DNA of 64,000 bases from Thermoplasmata archaeon (GTDB taxonomy: Archaea > Thermoplasmatota > DTKX01 > DATEUP01), in the NCBI GenBank assembly GCA_041499475.1, contig JBGQKI010000009.1, positions 1,392 to 65,391 of the forward strand, in the 5' to 3' direction. How positions within the stretch are numbered: position 1 is the first letter of the stretch; each line of letters opens with the position of its first letter. The notes below the pieces were generated by a model. The model searched no databases and had not been told where the DNA came from. It saw nothing but the letters and a program-made list of their open reading frames with translations. Positions 1 through 9,118 of the stretch are shown in pieces. The translations under genes and the position numbers were made by a program.

Positions 1-110
1 AGCAGGCGCAGGAACTCCGGGTGCTTCATCGACGGGATGGCCACCTCCTTCCGACCGCCCTCGTGGATCTCGAGGGCCCCGGCCACCAGCCTGATTTTGA
101 TCGAGGTCAC
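1..110 (-). CDS. Partial CDS (5' end only), possibly a MoaD/ThiS/SAMP ubiquitin-like protein
   Basis: GTG at 110 with AGGAGG SD at 118-123; reads MTSIKIRLVAGALEIHEGGRKEVAIPSMKHPEFLRL and runs off the window; beta-grasp-like N-terminus; lies just downstream of the MBL gene. Confidence 0.45.
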   Translation of the reverse strand, partial: MTSIKIRLVAGALEIHEGGRKEVAIPSMKHPEFLRL

Positions 111-130
111 GCGTCCGCCTCCTTTGGGTT

Positions 131-817
131 TCAACCGTGGGTGTTCTGCCATTGGATTTCCTTCCAGCCGTGCGGCTGGGGCGGCCACCCTTCGGTCATG
201 TACCGGACGAAGTCATCCTTCGTCTTTTGCGTCAGCGCTTCGTTCGAACCCCGCTCGCGCCCCAGGGTCGTGCGGCGCTCGGGCGGCAGGCCCTGCTTTG
301 CCCCGTAGTGGCAAGGATAAATCCTGACGGCGTCGGAAAGGCGCAGGAGTTTGTCGAACACCGAGTGGTAGAGCTCGGAGGGGCCCTCCGGGTAAAAGTC
401 CGCGCGCCCCACCGTGCCCACGAGCAGCGTGTCGCCCACGATCGCGTCGTCGCCGGCAAGGAACGTCATCGCGTCGGGCGTGTGCCCCGGTGTGGCGATC
501 GGCCGGACGTCGACCTCGCCGACCTCGAGGCGCGTTGACTCCGTAATGCCTTGGTGGGGAAAGGTTGCCCCGGCAAGTGCCGGGATCGCAAGCGGCACGT
601 TGCGCCCCCCGGCAAGTGCGCGCGCCGACGAGATGTGGTCGGCGTGCGTATGGGTTTCCCAAACGCCGGTTACCTCAAAGCCGTGGAGGCGGGCGGCTTC
701 GTCGTACAGGAAGGGGTCCTGGGTCGGGTCGACAATTACGCAAGTCCCCGTGGAGGGGTCGCCAAGGAGGTACGAGAGGCAACCGCTCGATTCGCGCGCG
801 AATTGGACGACCTTCAT
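131..817 (-). CDS. MBL-fold metallo-hydrolase (glyoxalase II / persulfide dioxygenase-like)
   Basis: THTHADH, TPGHT, GDTLL and YPCHY motifs; GCLSY N-terminal motif. Confidence 0.9.
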   Translation of the reverse strand: MKVVQFARESSGCLSYLLGDPSTGTCVIVDPTQDPFLYDEAARLHGFEVTGVWETHTHADHISSARALAGGRNVPLAIPALAGATFPHQGITESTRLEVGEVDVRPIATPGHTPDAMTFLAGDDAIVGDTLLVGTVGRADFYPEGPSELYHSVFDKLLRLSDAVRIYPCHYGAKQGLPPERRTTLGRERGSNEALTQKTKDDFVRYMTEGWPPQPHGWKEIQWQNTHG

Positions 818-892
818 GGGCAGTGCTTTGCCAAGGGGCGAGGCTGGCTGATTAGCATTTCGTTGGAAACGGGCCGGCGGCGTCTCGGCGCA

Positions 893-1519
893 TTACTGGA
901 CATCCATTGAATAGGTCGCGCGGGCGAGGACGCGCACATCAATCCCCATCTTGTTGCACACGGCGACGATCGCGCCCGCGTCGGGCGGGATGCCGTATTT
1001 GGCAAGCACCTTCCGCACATGCGAGTCGACGGGGAAGGCGTCGAGGCGCAGGATGTCACGCAGGTAGCAGTCGACGATCTTGGAGGAGGTCGTGCCGAAG
1101 ATATCCTGGAGTACGGCACGCGCGAACCCCGCCCCGCCCTCGCGCATCTCGCCCGCCACCTCGTCGAGCGACTTGCCTGCGTTTCGAAGGTAGAGGGTCA
1201 TCCCGCGAAGGAACTTGCCCTGCCACCCCTTCTTCAAGGGGTAGCAGCCGACGAGCGTCTCGGTCTGCTGGCTCGACATCTTGTGGAGGGGCACGCCGAT
1301 CTCATCGTACTTGGCCTTCACTTTCTTCCAGACGGCCATCTGCCGCTCGACGCTGTGCGGGCCCCACGTAAGGACCGCGAGGAAACCAAGCTCCGGGCTG
1401 AGCTCGCCGAAGGTGGGCTTCAGCCAATCATCCGAAAATTTGTCCTCGGCATCGTCGCTGAGGCTGTTCCACAGGTGCGAGATCTTCGTTTCGATCGGAA
1501 AAAGCCCGCTCTCGCCCAC
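893..1519 (-). CDS. HhH-GPD superfamily DNA glycosylase-like protein (OGG/EndoIII-like, no Fe-S motif)
   Basis: GTG at 1519 after a GAGGGGGGA SD; SSKIVDCYLRD...FPVDSHVRKV has the catalytic Lys/Asp pattern. Confidence 0.7.
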   Translation of the reverse strand: MGESGLFPIETKISHLWNSLSDDAEDKFSDDWLKPTFGELSPELGFLAVLTWGPHSVERQMAVWKKVKAKYDEIGVPLHKMSSQQTETLVGCYPLKKGWQGKFLRGMTLYLRNAGKSLDEVAGEMREGGAGFARAVLQDIFGTTSSKIVDCYLRDILRLDAFPVDSHVRKVLAKYGIPPDAGAIVAVCNKMGIDVRVLARATYSMDVQ

Positions 1520-1532
1520 GCGCGTCCCCCCC

Positions 1533-4500
1533 TCAAGCCAGTCCGATGCGCTTCTCGAGCTTGACGGCGCAGAGCTCGCGGTCTTCCTTGACCTCGCCGC
1601 GCTCGGGGTTGAGCCCGATCGCCTCGTCGTAGGCGCGCAACGCATCGGCATAGCGCGCCATGAGCTCAAGAGACTTGCCACGGTTGTAGTGGGCGACCCA
1701 ATCCTCCGGGCGCAGCTTGATGGCCTTGTTGAAGCAGAAGAGCGCGTTTTCGACCTCGCCGAGCCGCAGGTGCGCCGCGCCCCGGTTGTTCCACGCCTGG
1801 CCGTAGCGGGGGCGGAGTTTGAGGGCCACCACAAAGCAGCGCAGCGCGTGGCGCGCGTCGCCCGACGAGAGCAGCGCGAGCCCCTTCTGGTACCACGCCT
1901 CCGGGGCTTGCGGGCGCACGACGGTGGCGCGCGTGAAGTAGCGCTCGGCCTGCACGGGGTCGCCGATCCGGAGCAGCGCCACACCCCTGTTGAACACGAT
2001 GTCGAAGTCGCGGGGCTCCGCATCGTAGGCGCGCACGAGCGCCGCCAGTGCCTCCTCGGGCTTGCCCGCCTCGAGCAGCGCGACACCCATGCGTAGCCAA
2101 GCGCCCTCACGCCCTTCGTCGAGGCTCGTCGCCTTGGCGTAGCCTTCGAGCGCCTTGTCGCGGCTGCCAAGTTCGTGGATGATCGATGCGATCTCCTCCC
2201 AGCCGCGCGCGTCTTCCCGGTCGCGCAGCAGCGCCTTGTACATGCACCGCGCCCCCTCGTGGTGCTCGCCAAGCGCCGCGAGCGCACGTCCCTTGCCGAC
2301 CCACGCGTCACTGTACCCAGGCTTGAGCTGGAGCGCGGTCTCGAAAGCGGCCGAGGCGTCCTCGTGCCGGTCCATCGCAAGCAGCGCGTCGCCCTTGACG
2401 CGCCAGGCGACCTCGCTCTTCGGGTCGCGCTCGAGCGCCTTCTCTGCAAAGTCGAGCGCGTCGTCCACCGTGCCCTCATCAAGCTCGAGTTCCGCGCGCT
2501 CCACGAGCGCCACGGGATCGTCGGGCGAGAGCTTCAGGGTAGCCTCGTAGGCCGCGCGCGCTTCGAACGGCTTGTCCAGCGCGCGCAGGATTCGGCCCCG
2601 CGCGAGCGGGTAGGCGGCGACTTCGCCGTCCAGTTCGGCTGCGCGCTCGTAGCAGCGCAGTGCCACCTCGTCGCGCTTGAGCGCGCGGCAGATCGCCCCC
2701 CTTAGCGCCCACGCGCCGGCGTGGCCCTCTTCCAGGCGCAGCGCACGGTCCACGGCGGCAAGCGCCTCGTCGTTCGCGCGCGTCTTCAACAGCGACTCCG
2801 CCTTGAACCGCCAGGTCTCCGGGTGGTCGTGGTCGAGGCGCAGCGACTGGTTGAAGGCGTTCACGGCCTCCTTCTGGATGCCCATGTGGAAGAGCGAGCG
2901 GCCCTTGTTGCGCCAAGACGCCGCAGAGTCGGGGTTGAGCGAAATCGCCCGGTCGAAGGCGCTGAAGGCGTCTTCGTAGCGGCCGAGTTGCTGCAGGACG
3001 AAGCCGAGCATCGTGTACCCGATCTCCGAAGCTGGCTCGAGCTCGATGAGCCGGGCGAGCGCCGCGACCGCCTCCGGGTTGCGCCCCGCCTCCTTGAGGA
3101 GGCGCCCCTTGAGCAGCCATCCCTCGGGGTCCTGCGGCGCGATCTCGAGGGCGCGGTCGACCGCCTTCAGGGCCTCATCGGTCTTGTCCTGCTCGGCAAG
3201 GATCTCGGCGCGTTCCCGGTACGCTTGGTGGTAGTCCTCCTTGAGGCCCACCGCCTTGTCGACGGAGGCAAGCGCCGGCTCGAACCGCTTCATGATGTGG
3301 AGCGCGCGGGCGCGCTGGTACCACATCGTCTCGTCGTCCGGGCTCTGTTCGACGGCCATCTCGAGCAGGTCGAGGGCCTCTTCGATGCGCCCAAGCTTGG
3401 TGAGCAACGCGAGTTTGCGCTTCCAGGCCAGCTCGAAGCGCGGGTCGTGCTTCAGCGCCTCGTCGTACTTCTTGACGGCGTCCTCGTCCTCGTCGAGCAT
3501 CTCGAGGGAGAGGCCGAGGTCGCACCACACGCCGGCGTTCGTGGAGTCCATGGTGAGCGCATGCTCGAAGGCCTTTTCGGCCTCCTCGTAGCGCTTGAGC
3601 GCGTGCAGGAGTTGTCCCTTCGCCTGGAGCGCGCCGACGTCCTTCGGCTTGAGGCGCAGGAGCTGCTCGAAGGCCCGCAGCGCGTCCTTGAACCTGCCGA
3701 GCTTCTTCAGCGTCAGGGCGCGCAGGCGCAGGATCGGCTCGTCCCTGGCGTTGAAGCGCAGCAACCTCTCGCAGCACGCGACGACCTGGTCGTCCTGCCC
3801 CAAGGCCCCGTGGCACTCGAGCTTCATCCGCCAGGCGTTCTCGAGCTTCGCGTCGAGGGATAGGGCAACATCGAGCTGCTTGACCGCGTCGTCGTAGCGC
3901 TTGAGGCGCAGCAGCGCTTCCCCGAGCCGCAGGTACACGGGGCCGTCGGCCGCGCCCTGCTCGACAACACCGCTGTAGCACTGCGCGGCCCGCTCGAAGT
4001 CGGTCTTGTCGAAGTAGGCGTCGCCGAGGAACCGGAGCGCCTGGATGTTCTTGGGGTTGATCTTGAGCACGCGCTCGAAGGCGTCGACGGCCAGGTGCGG
4101 CAGCGTAAGCGAGAGGAAGTTCTGCCCGCGCTCGACCCACGCGTCCTCGTAGGTCGACAGGATCGCGGTCGCGCGCTCGAGGTTCTCGGCGGCTTCCTCG
4201 AAGCGGCCAAGCTTGCGCAGCGCCTGCGCCCGCTTGAAGTGCGTCTTGTGGTCGTCGGGGTTCTGGGCAAGCGTCCTGTCGTAGCAGGCGATGAGCTCGG
4301 CGGTGCGCCCGAGGCGCGTGAGGATCGCCTCTTTGTGCGCCCAGGCCTCCAGGTTGTCGTCGTTGAGCTCCGTCGTCCGGTTGAAGGCGCCAAGCGCATC
4401 CTCATCCATGCCGCGCCGCTCAAGGATCAGCGCTCGGTTGAAGTGCGCTGCCTCGACCTTCGGGTCGATCTCGATGACCTTCTGGAAGGCCTGCAGCGCC

Positions 4501-7259
4501 TCCTTGAACCGACCCGCTTTCATGAGGATGCGGCCTTTCTCGAGGAAGATCTCGCCGTCGGCAGGCTCGAGCTGCAAGTATGCGTCGAAGCAGCGCAGCG
4601 CCTCGCCCTCGTCGCTGAGCTTCAGCGCCGAGATGCCCTTGTTGCGCCATGCGATCGCAATCTTGGGGTCGATGGCAAGGGCGCGCGCGTAGGCCTCGGC
4701 GGCGCCTGCAAAATCGTCGAGTCGGAACCGGCAGTTGCCCACCTGCGACCAGACTTCGACCTTGCGCGGGTCGCGCTTGATGACTTCCTCGTAGTTGCGC
4801 AGCGCCTCCTTGAAATTGCCCGTTTGATAGTAGGAATTGCCCACGAGCTCCCAGAGGTCGATATTCTCCGGGTCTTTGCCCAGCAGCTCCTCGTAGACCG
4901 CGAGGGCCTCCTTGTGCATTCCAAGGGCGGTCAGCATCGCGCCCTTGCGCCGCAGCGCCTTCAAGTTGTTCGGGTCGACCTTGAGCGCCTGCGAGTAGGC
5001 GTCGAGCGCCTCGCGCGTGTGGCCGAGCTTGTCCTCGAGTTGGGCAAGTTCGAACCACGCGTCGCCCTGGCCCGGGCGCAGCACCGTCACTTTCCGGAAG
5101 GCCTCGACGGCCTCCTGGGGCCGCTGGAGCTCGCGCAGCGCGCGCGCCTTGTTCAGCCACGCGTCCGCGTTGTTCGGGGCCTTCTCGATCTGCTTCTCGT
5201 AGACGGCGAGCAGCTCCTTGATGTTCCCCGTCTTGGAGAGCGCGACCTCCTTCCGTTTCAGCGCGTCCGCGTTGTTCGGGTTGAGCTTGAGCGCTTCGTC
5301 GAGGCACTTGGCGGCATCCGCCCAGCGCCCCATCTTTTCAAAGATCGCCGCGCGGGCCAGCCACGCCGGCTCGTTCTTGGGGTCGAGGCGCAGCGACTCC
5401 TCGTACTCCTTGAGGGCCTCCTCCATCCGGCCGAGGTCCTCGAGCGTCTGGGCGCGCAGGTCGCGGACCTTTGCGTCCTGGGGCGCGAGCTTGAGGACGG
5501 TGGCAAATGCGGCCTCGGCCTCCGCGTTGCGCCCGAGCTTGCGAAGCGCCACGCCCTTGTTGCGCCAGGCACTTTCGATGCGCGGGTCGAGCGCGAGCGC
5601 CTTGTCGTAGTACCCGACTGCCTCGGCGAACTTGTCGAGGCGGTAGAGCGCGTTGCCCGCGTTGTTGAGCGCCGTCGCGTTGCCGGGGTCGAGGCGCAGC
5701 AGCCGCGCGTAGGCGTCGGCGGCCTGGCCGAATCGCTCGATGCCGTAGAGCGCGCTGGCGTACGCCTCGAGGATCGCCTTGTCCTCCGGGCGCTTGGGCA
5801 ACGCCTTCTCGAGCGCGGCGATGGCCTTCTCCGGCTTGCCCGTGCGGGCGTAGGCCACGCCAAGCTCCCCATAGGCGTCCTCGAACCCGGGGACGATCGC
5901 GGCCTTCTCGAGCGCGCTCACCGCGCCCGCCATGTCGCCCGATTCGAAGAGGAGCTTGCCGATCTGGTACTGTGTATCGGCGTCACCGGGTTTGATGGCG
6001 GCCGCCTGCCGGAAACACTGGAGCGCGGTGCGCTCGTCGTCGATTTCGAGCAAGCACTTCCCGCGCTGGTATTGGTAGGCAAATTCGAGCGGGTTGACTT
6101 CGGAGGCGCGCCGGAACGATTCGGCGGCCTCCTTCCAATTCTTGAGCTTGAGGTGGCACTCCGCGCGCTTGCGCAGCGCGTCTTCGTCAGAGGGGTTGAA
6201 GTCGAGCAAGCGGGAGAAATTGTCGGCGGCCTCCTGCCAGCGGCCGGCCTCGAAGAGCGCGTTGGCGCGGTTGTTCCATACCTCTTCGCGCGAGGAATTG
6301 AGCGCGATCGCGCGGTCATAGGCAGAGATGGCTTCGTTGACGCGACCGAGCTTCTTCAGCGCGACGCCCTTGTTGACCCAGGCGTCGTCGTCGTTCGGGC
6401 GCAGGTTGATGAGCTTGTCGTAGGTGGCGATCGCCGACGCGAAGTCGCCGAGCTTGAACTGGCAGACTCCGAGGTTGTTCCACGCCTTGTCGTAGTCCGG
6501 GCGGTTGCTGACGGCCCGCGAGAAGGCGTCGGCGGCCTGTTGGAAGCGGCCGAGGTTGAGGTACGCGACCCCGAGGTTGTAGGCGGCCTCGGCGTTGCCC
6601 GGGTCGAGGTCGATGGCTTCCTTGAAGCACTCGGCCGCCTTGCCGTAGTCCTTCAGGTCGTCGTAGGCGGTGCCCTGGTTGAACCAGGCGTTGAACAACT
6701 TGGCGTCGATCTGGAGCGCCTTGTCGTAGTTCTCGATGGCTTCCTTCAGCTTGCCCGCGGAGTAGTAGTAGTTCCCGAGCCGCAGGTAAGCCTCGGGGCT
6801 CGAGAGGAGCCCGCCCGAGCCCGAGGCCTTCTCGACCTCGCGGACTTTGGCCTCGATGGCTTCGAGCACGCCGCGGTCCTTCGACGAGACGGAGAGCGAA
6901 CCGCCGCGCGTGAAGTCCGCGGCCACTCCCATCTGGTTTAGCAGCAGGTTGAGCTGCGTCGCGACGTTTGCAAGCTGCTGGGAGTCCATCCCCTTGACGA
7001 CCATCGATTCGATTTGCTTGAGGGCGTCGCCCGACGAGACGAAGCTCACCTTGTCGGCGTAGGCGGCCGCCCCGACCGAGATCCCGCCCGCGGGCTTGCG
7101 CGCGGTGCTCTTGAGCTGGCCGGCCCCGAGGATCCCGCCCGTCCCGCCGATCATCCGGCTGCCCGGGGCGCCGGCAGCAGGCAGCGGCGTCCCGCAGTTG
7201 GCGCAGGCCTTGTTGGTATCGGGGTTGGCCGTGTTGCATTTTGGGCATAGGACGGCCAA
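1533..7259 (-). CDS. Giant TPR protein (~1908 aa, ~50 TPRs) with N-terminal zinc ribbon
   Basis: TTG at 7259 with GGAGGA SD; CPKC...CANC ribbon, then continuous 34-aa TPR consensus (AW.NKG.AL..LGR..EA...YD.A...P) to the C-terminus. Confidence 0.95.
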   Translation of the reverse strand: MAVLCPKCNTANPDTNKACANCGTPLPAAGAPGSRMIGGTGGILGAGQLKSTARKPAGGISVGAAAYADKVSFVSSGDALKQIESMVVKGMDSQQLANVATQLNLLLNQMGVAADFTRGGSLSVSSKDRGVLEAIEAKVREVEKASGSGGLLSSPEAYLRLGNYYYSAGKLKEAIENYDKALQIDAKLFNAWFNQGTAYDDLKDYGKAAECFKEAIDLDPGNAEAAYNLGVAYLNLGRFQQAADAFSRAVSNRPDYDKAWNNLGVCQFKLGDFASAIATYDKLINLRPNDDDAWVNKGVALKKLGRVNEAISAYDRAIALNSSREEVWNNRANALFEAGRWQEAADNFSRLLDFNPSDEDALRKRAECHLKLKNWKEAAESFRRASEVNPLEFAYQYQRGKCLLEIDDERTALQCFRQAAAIKPGDADTQYQIGKLLFESGDMAGAVSALEKAAIVPGFEDAYGELGVAYARTGKPEKAIAALEKALPKRPEDKAILEAYASALYGIERFGQAADAYARLLRLDPGNATALNNAGNALYRLDKFAEAVGYYDKALALDPRIESAWRNKGVALRKLGRNAEAEAAFATVLKLAPQDAKVRDLRAQTLEDLGRMEEALKEYEESLRLDPKNEPAWLARAAIFEKMGRWADAAKCLDEALKLNPNNADALKRKEVALSKTGNIKELLAVYEKQIEKAPNNADAWLNKARALRELQRPQEAVEAFRKVTVLRPGQGDAWFELAQLEDKLGHTREALDAYSQALKVDPNNLKALRRKGAMLTALGMHKEALAVYEELLGKDPENIDLWELVGNSYYQTGNFKEALRNYEEVIKRDPRKVEVWSQVGNCRFRLDDFAGAAEAYARALAIDPKIAIAWRNKGISALKLSDEGEALRCFDAYLQLEPADGEIFLEKGRILMKAGRFKEALQAFQKVIEIDPKVEAAHFNRALILERRGMDEDALGAFNRTTELNDDNLEAWAHKEAILTRLGRTAELIACYDRTLAQNPDDHKTHFKRAQALRKLGRFEEAAENLERATAILSTYEDAWVERGQNFLSLTLPHLAVDAFERVLKINPKNIQALRFLGDAYFDKTDFERAAQCYSGVVEQGAADGPVYLRLGEALLRLKRYDDAVKQLDVALSLDAKLENAWRMKLECHGALGQDDQVVACCERLLRFNARDEPILRLRALTLKKLGRFKDALRAFEQLLRLKPKDVGALQAKGQLLHALKRYEEAEKAFEHALTMDSTNAGVWCDLGLSLEMLDEDEDAVKKYDEALKHDPRFELAWKRKLALLTKLGRIEEALDLLEMAVEQSPDDETMWYQRARALHIMKRFEPALASVDKAVGLKEDYHQAYRERAEILAEQDKTDEALKAVDRALEIAPQDPEGWLLKGRLLKEAGRNPEAVAALARLIELEPASEIGYTMLGFVLQQLGRYEDAFSAFDRAISLNPDSAASWRNKGRSLFHMGIQKEAVNAFNQSLRLDHDHPETWRFKAESLLKTRANDEALAAVDRALRLEEGHAGAWALRGAICRALKRDEVALRCYERAAELDGEVAAYPLARGRILRALDKPFEARAAYEATLKLSPDDPVALVERAELELDEGTVDDALDFAEKALERDPKSEVAWRVKGDALLAMDRHEDASAAFETALQLKPGYSDAWVGKGRALAALGEHHEGARCMYKALLRDREDARGWEEIASIIHELGSRDKALEGYAKATSLDEGREGAWLRMGVALLEAGKPEEALAALVRAYDAEPRDFDIVFNRGVALLRIGDPVQAERYFTRATVVRPQAPEAWYQKGLALLSSGDARHALRCFVVALKLRPRYGQAWNNRGAAHLRLGEVENALFCFNKAIKLRPEDWVAHYNRGKSLELMARYADALRAYDEAIGLNPERGEVKEDRELCAVKLEKRIGLA

Positions 7260-7393
7260 ATCCAAATCCTCCTGGATGCGGGCCCGATGATCGTGAGGGT
7301 ACAAATATGAGCGTTGCGGGCACGTGTCCCCGTTGCCGCTTGTGTTGGCTCACGCTGGCTCAAGAGGCTCGCCGGGGGGCGCGGGGCGGGCTT

Positions 7394-7759
7394 TCAGAAG
7401 AGTTCGGCGATGCGCCTTGCCGCCGACGTGAGCTTGCCGGAGGCCGCCGCAAGCGCCGAAGCGTCGGGCAAATGGAGCACGAGCAGGAGTTTTGCTCCGG
7501 CCGGCGCTTCAAGGAGCGCGCCCACGCTCAGGCGCACTTCCACGAAAAGGACGGGGTCGCCAAGGTCGGCGGTGCCCGTCTCGGCAGCCCCGGCCATGAC
7601 CGCGGCCATCGCCGCATAGGTCTCGCGGTTGACCGCCGGGGGGGCTCGTCCAGCAAACAGCGAGCCGCTGCGAAGGACGAGGGCGGCACTCGAGCCCTTG
7701 ACCTCGGCCTCAAGGTCGGTGAGGACCTCGACGACGGCCTTGTCGCGTGCGTCCGACAT
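7394..7759 (-). CDS. Roadblock/LC7 (MglB-like) domain protein
   Basis: 121 aa; SAALVLRSGSLFAG...ETYAAMAAVMAGAAETG roadblock pattern. Confidence 0.85.
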   Translation of the reverse strand: MSDARDKAVVEVLTDLEAEVKGSSAALVLRSGSLFAGRAPPAVNRETYAAMAAVMAGAAETGTADLGDPVLFVEVRLSVGALLEAPAGAKLLLVLHLPDASALAAASGKLTSAARRIAELF

Positions 7760-7869
7760 GCATCCGCCCGCCGGAGGAGGGCCCGTCGGCCCCGTCACCC
7801 AAGCTTGACCCAAAGCGATGCGGGGCCTATATCGTTGTTCGCGTCTGCGTGCCGCGAGCGCAAGGAATC

Positions 7870-8532
7870 TCAAACGCCGTGGCCGTGGCCGGCGTGGCGG
7901 CCAACGAGAAGGAGCCGGCCGGATTCGGTAAGTTCGATCGCAGTGATGCCGCGGTCGCCGCGCGCAATCTTGACGATGCCCAGGTCCTCGAGGCCAGGGG
8001 GCTCGCGGGCGCTCTTGAGGTGGCGCACGACGGTGGCCTTGTCCAGCCCGGATTTCTCGACGAGGTATTCGAGCGACGGGGCTTTTCCGCCCGACCCTTG
8101 GAGCGCGTCAAGGACACGGAACTTCTCGTCGCCGATGAGTTCGGTGTAGGAGAAGCGCAGCACGGGCATCTTGATGGCCTTGCCCTCGACGATGTGGATC
8201 GCGTCGATGCCGTGGACGAAGGCTGCCATGAGCAGCGAGCAGCCGCACAACGGCGAGCCGCCCGCGATATTCGCATGGACCGAGTCGAAGCGCTTGCCGT
8301 CTTTGGCGAGGATCTCGCCGACGGCCTTCAGCGTACCCGTGATGATGTCGCCGTCGACCTTGGAGAGCACGACCTCGATCATGAGGCCCTTGAGCTTCTC
8401 GCGCAGCGCGTTTGCGGCGGCCTCCGAGTCCTTGTGGTAGAGGAGGTAGACCTTCGCCACGGGGAATTCCCGCAGGCCGAGGATGATGGAGGACTCGTCG
8501 CCGCCCACCGTTGCGATCTGGAGCGAGGCCAT
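7870..8532 (-). CDS. CARF-like Rossmann domain + winged-HTH regulator (Csa3/HFX_2341/DUF6293-like)
   Basis: IATVGGD strand, VHANIAGG motif, KMPVL linker and C-terminal wHTH (SLEYLVEKSGLDKATVVRHL...LTESGRLL). Confidence 0.8.
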   Translation of the reverse strand: MASLQIATVGGDESSIILGLREFPVAKVYLLYHKDSEAAANALREKLKGLMIEVVLSKVDGDIITGTLKAVGEILAKDGKRFDSVHANIAGGSPLCGCSLLMAAFVHGIDAIHIVEGKAIKMPVLRFSYTELIGDEKFRVLDALQGSGGKAPSLEYLVEKSGLDKATVVRHLKSAREPPGLEDLGIVKIARGDRGITAIELTESGRLLLVGRHAGHGHGV

Positions 8533-8626
8533 TGCCGCATCACCCGCGCGGCGCAGAAGGCTCCCGACGGCAGAAAAAGCCTTGCCGCGGCGCGCCCCTG
8601 ACGGGCCGAGAAAGCGGGGTCGGGGG

Positions 8627-9118
8627 ATGGAGGGAAAGGCTTGGACGGTCGGATACGAAGGCCTCACCGTGGAGGCACTGCTTGAGGCGATGGCCGCCGA
8701 GAGAATCGAAATCCTCGTCGACGTGCGCGAGCGCCCGCTCAGCCACAAGCCAGGGTTTTCGAAAGCCGCGCTTGCCAAGAGCGCGGAAAGGGCGGGCGTC
8801 CAGTATGTCCACTTGCCCGAGCTTGGGTCGCCCGCCGATGCCCGGGAGGCGTACAAGGAGGATGCCGATTTCGCGAAACTGAGCCGCCTTTACCTTGCCC
8901 ACCTCAATGGCCAGCGGGCGGCGATTGACCGCCTCCTTGAACTGATGGACGCTCACCGCTGCGCACTCATGTGCAACGAGCGCGACGCCAGCAAGTGCCA
9001 CCGCGCCATCCTCTGCGCGCAACTGGAAGCCGATGGTTGGAAGTTTGTGCACCTGCGCCCCGCGCTCCGGGGAAAGCCCGCACGTTCATCTGGCGTGAAG
9101 TTGTCCGACTTCCCGTGA
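8627..9118 (+). CDS. DUF488 family protein
   Basis: WTVGYEG, LVDVR..P.S.KPGFSK, YVHLPELG and LMC.E.D...CHR motifs. Confidence 0.9.
   Translation: MEGKAWTVGYEGLTVEALLEAMAAERIEILVDVRERPLSHKPGFSKAALAKSAERAGVQYVHLPELGSPADAREAYKEDADFAKLSRLYLAHLNGQRAAIDRLLELMDAHRCALMCNERDASKCHRAILCAQLEADGWKFVHLRPALRGKPARSSGVKLSDFP

Noticed and set aside
1520-2482. Long N-terminal extension of the glycosylase ORF (529 aa in the track)
   Set aside because: It overlaps the TPR gene out of frame and is R/S/T-rich junk; a good SD plus GTG lies at 1519
4095-6941. 948-aa plus-strand ORF and similar long antisense ORFs (20176-22515, 23883-25961, 52040-53941, 12512-14194)
   Set aside because: Shadow frames of real genes in high-GC DNA, with no recognisable motifs
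1533-7259. CRISPR or DNA repeat array suggested by the ~102-nt periodicity
   Set aside because: The periodicity is degenerate and explained by TPR coding; there are no identical repeats with spacers
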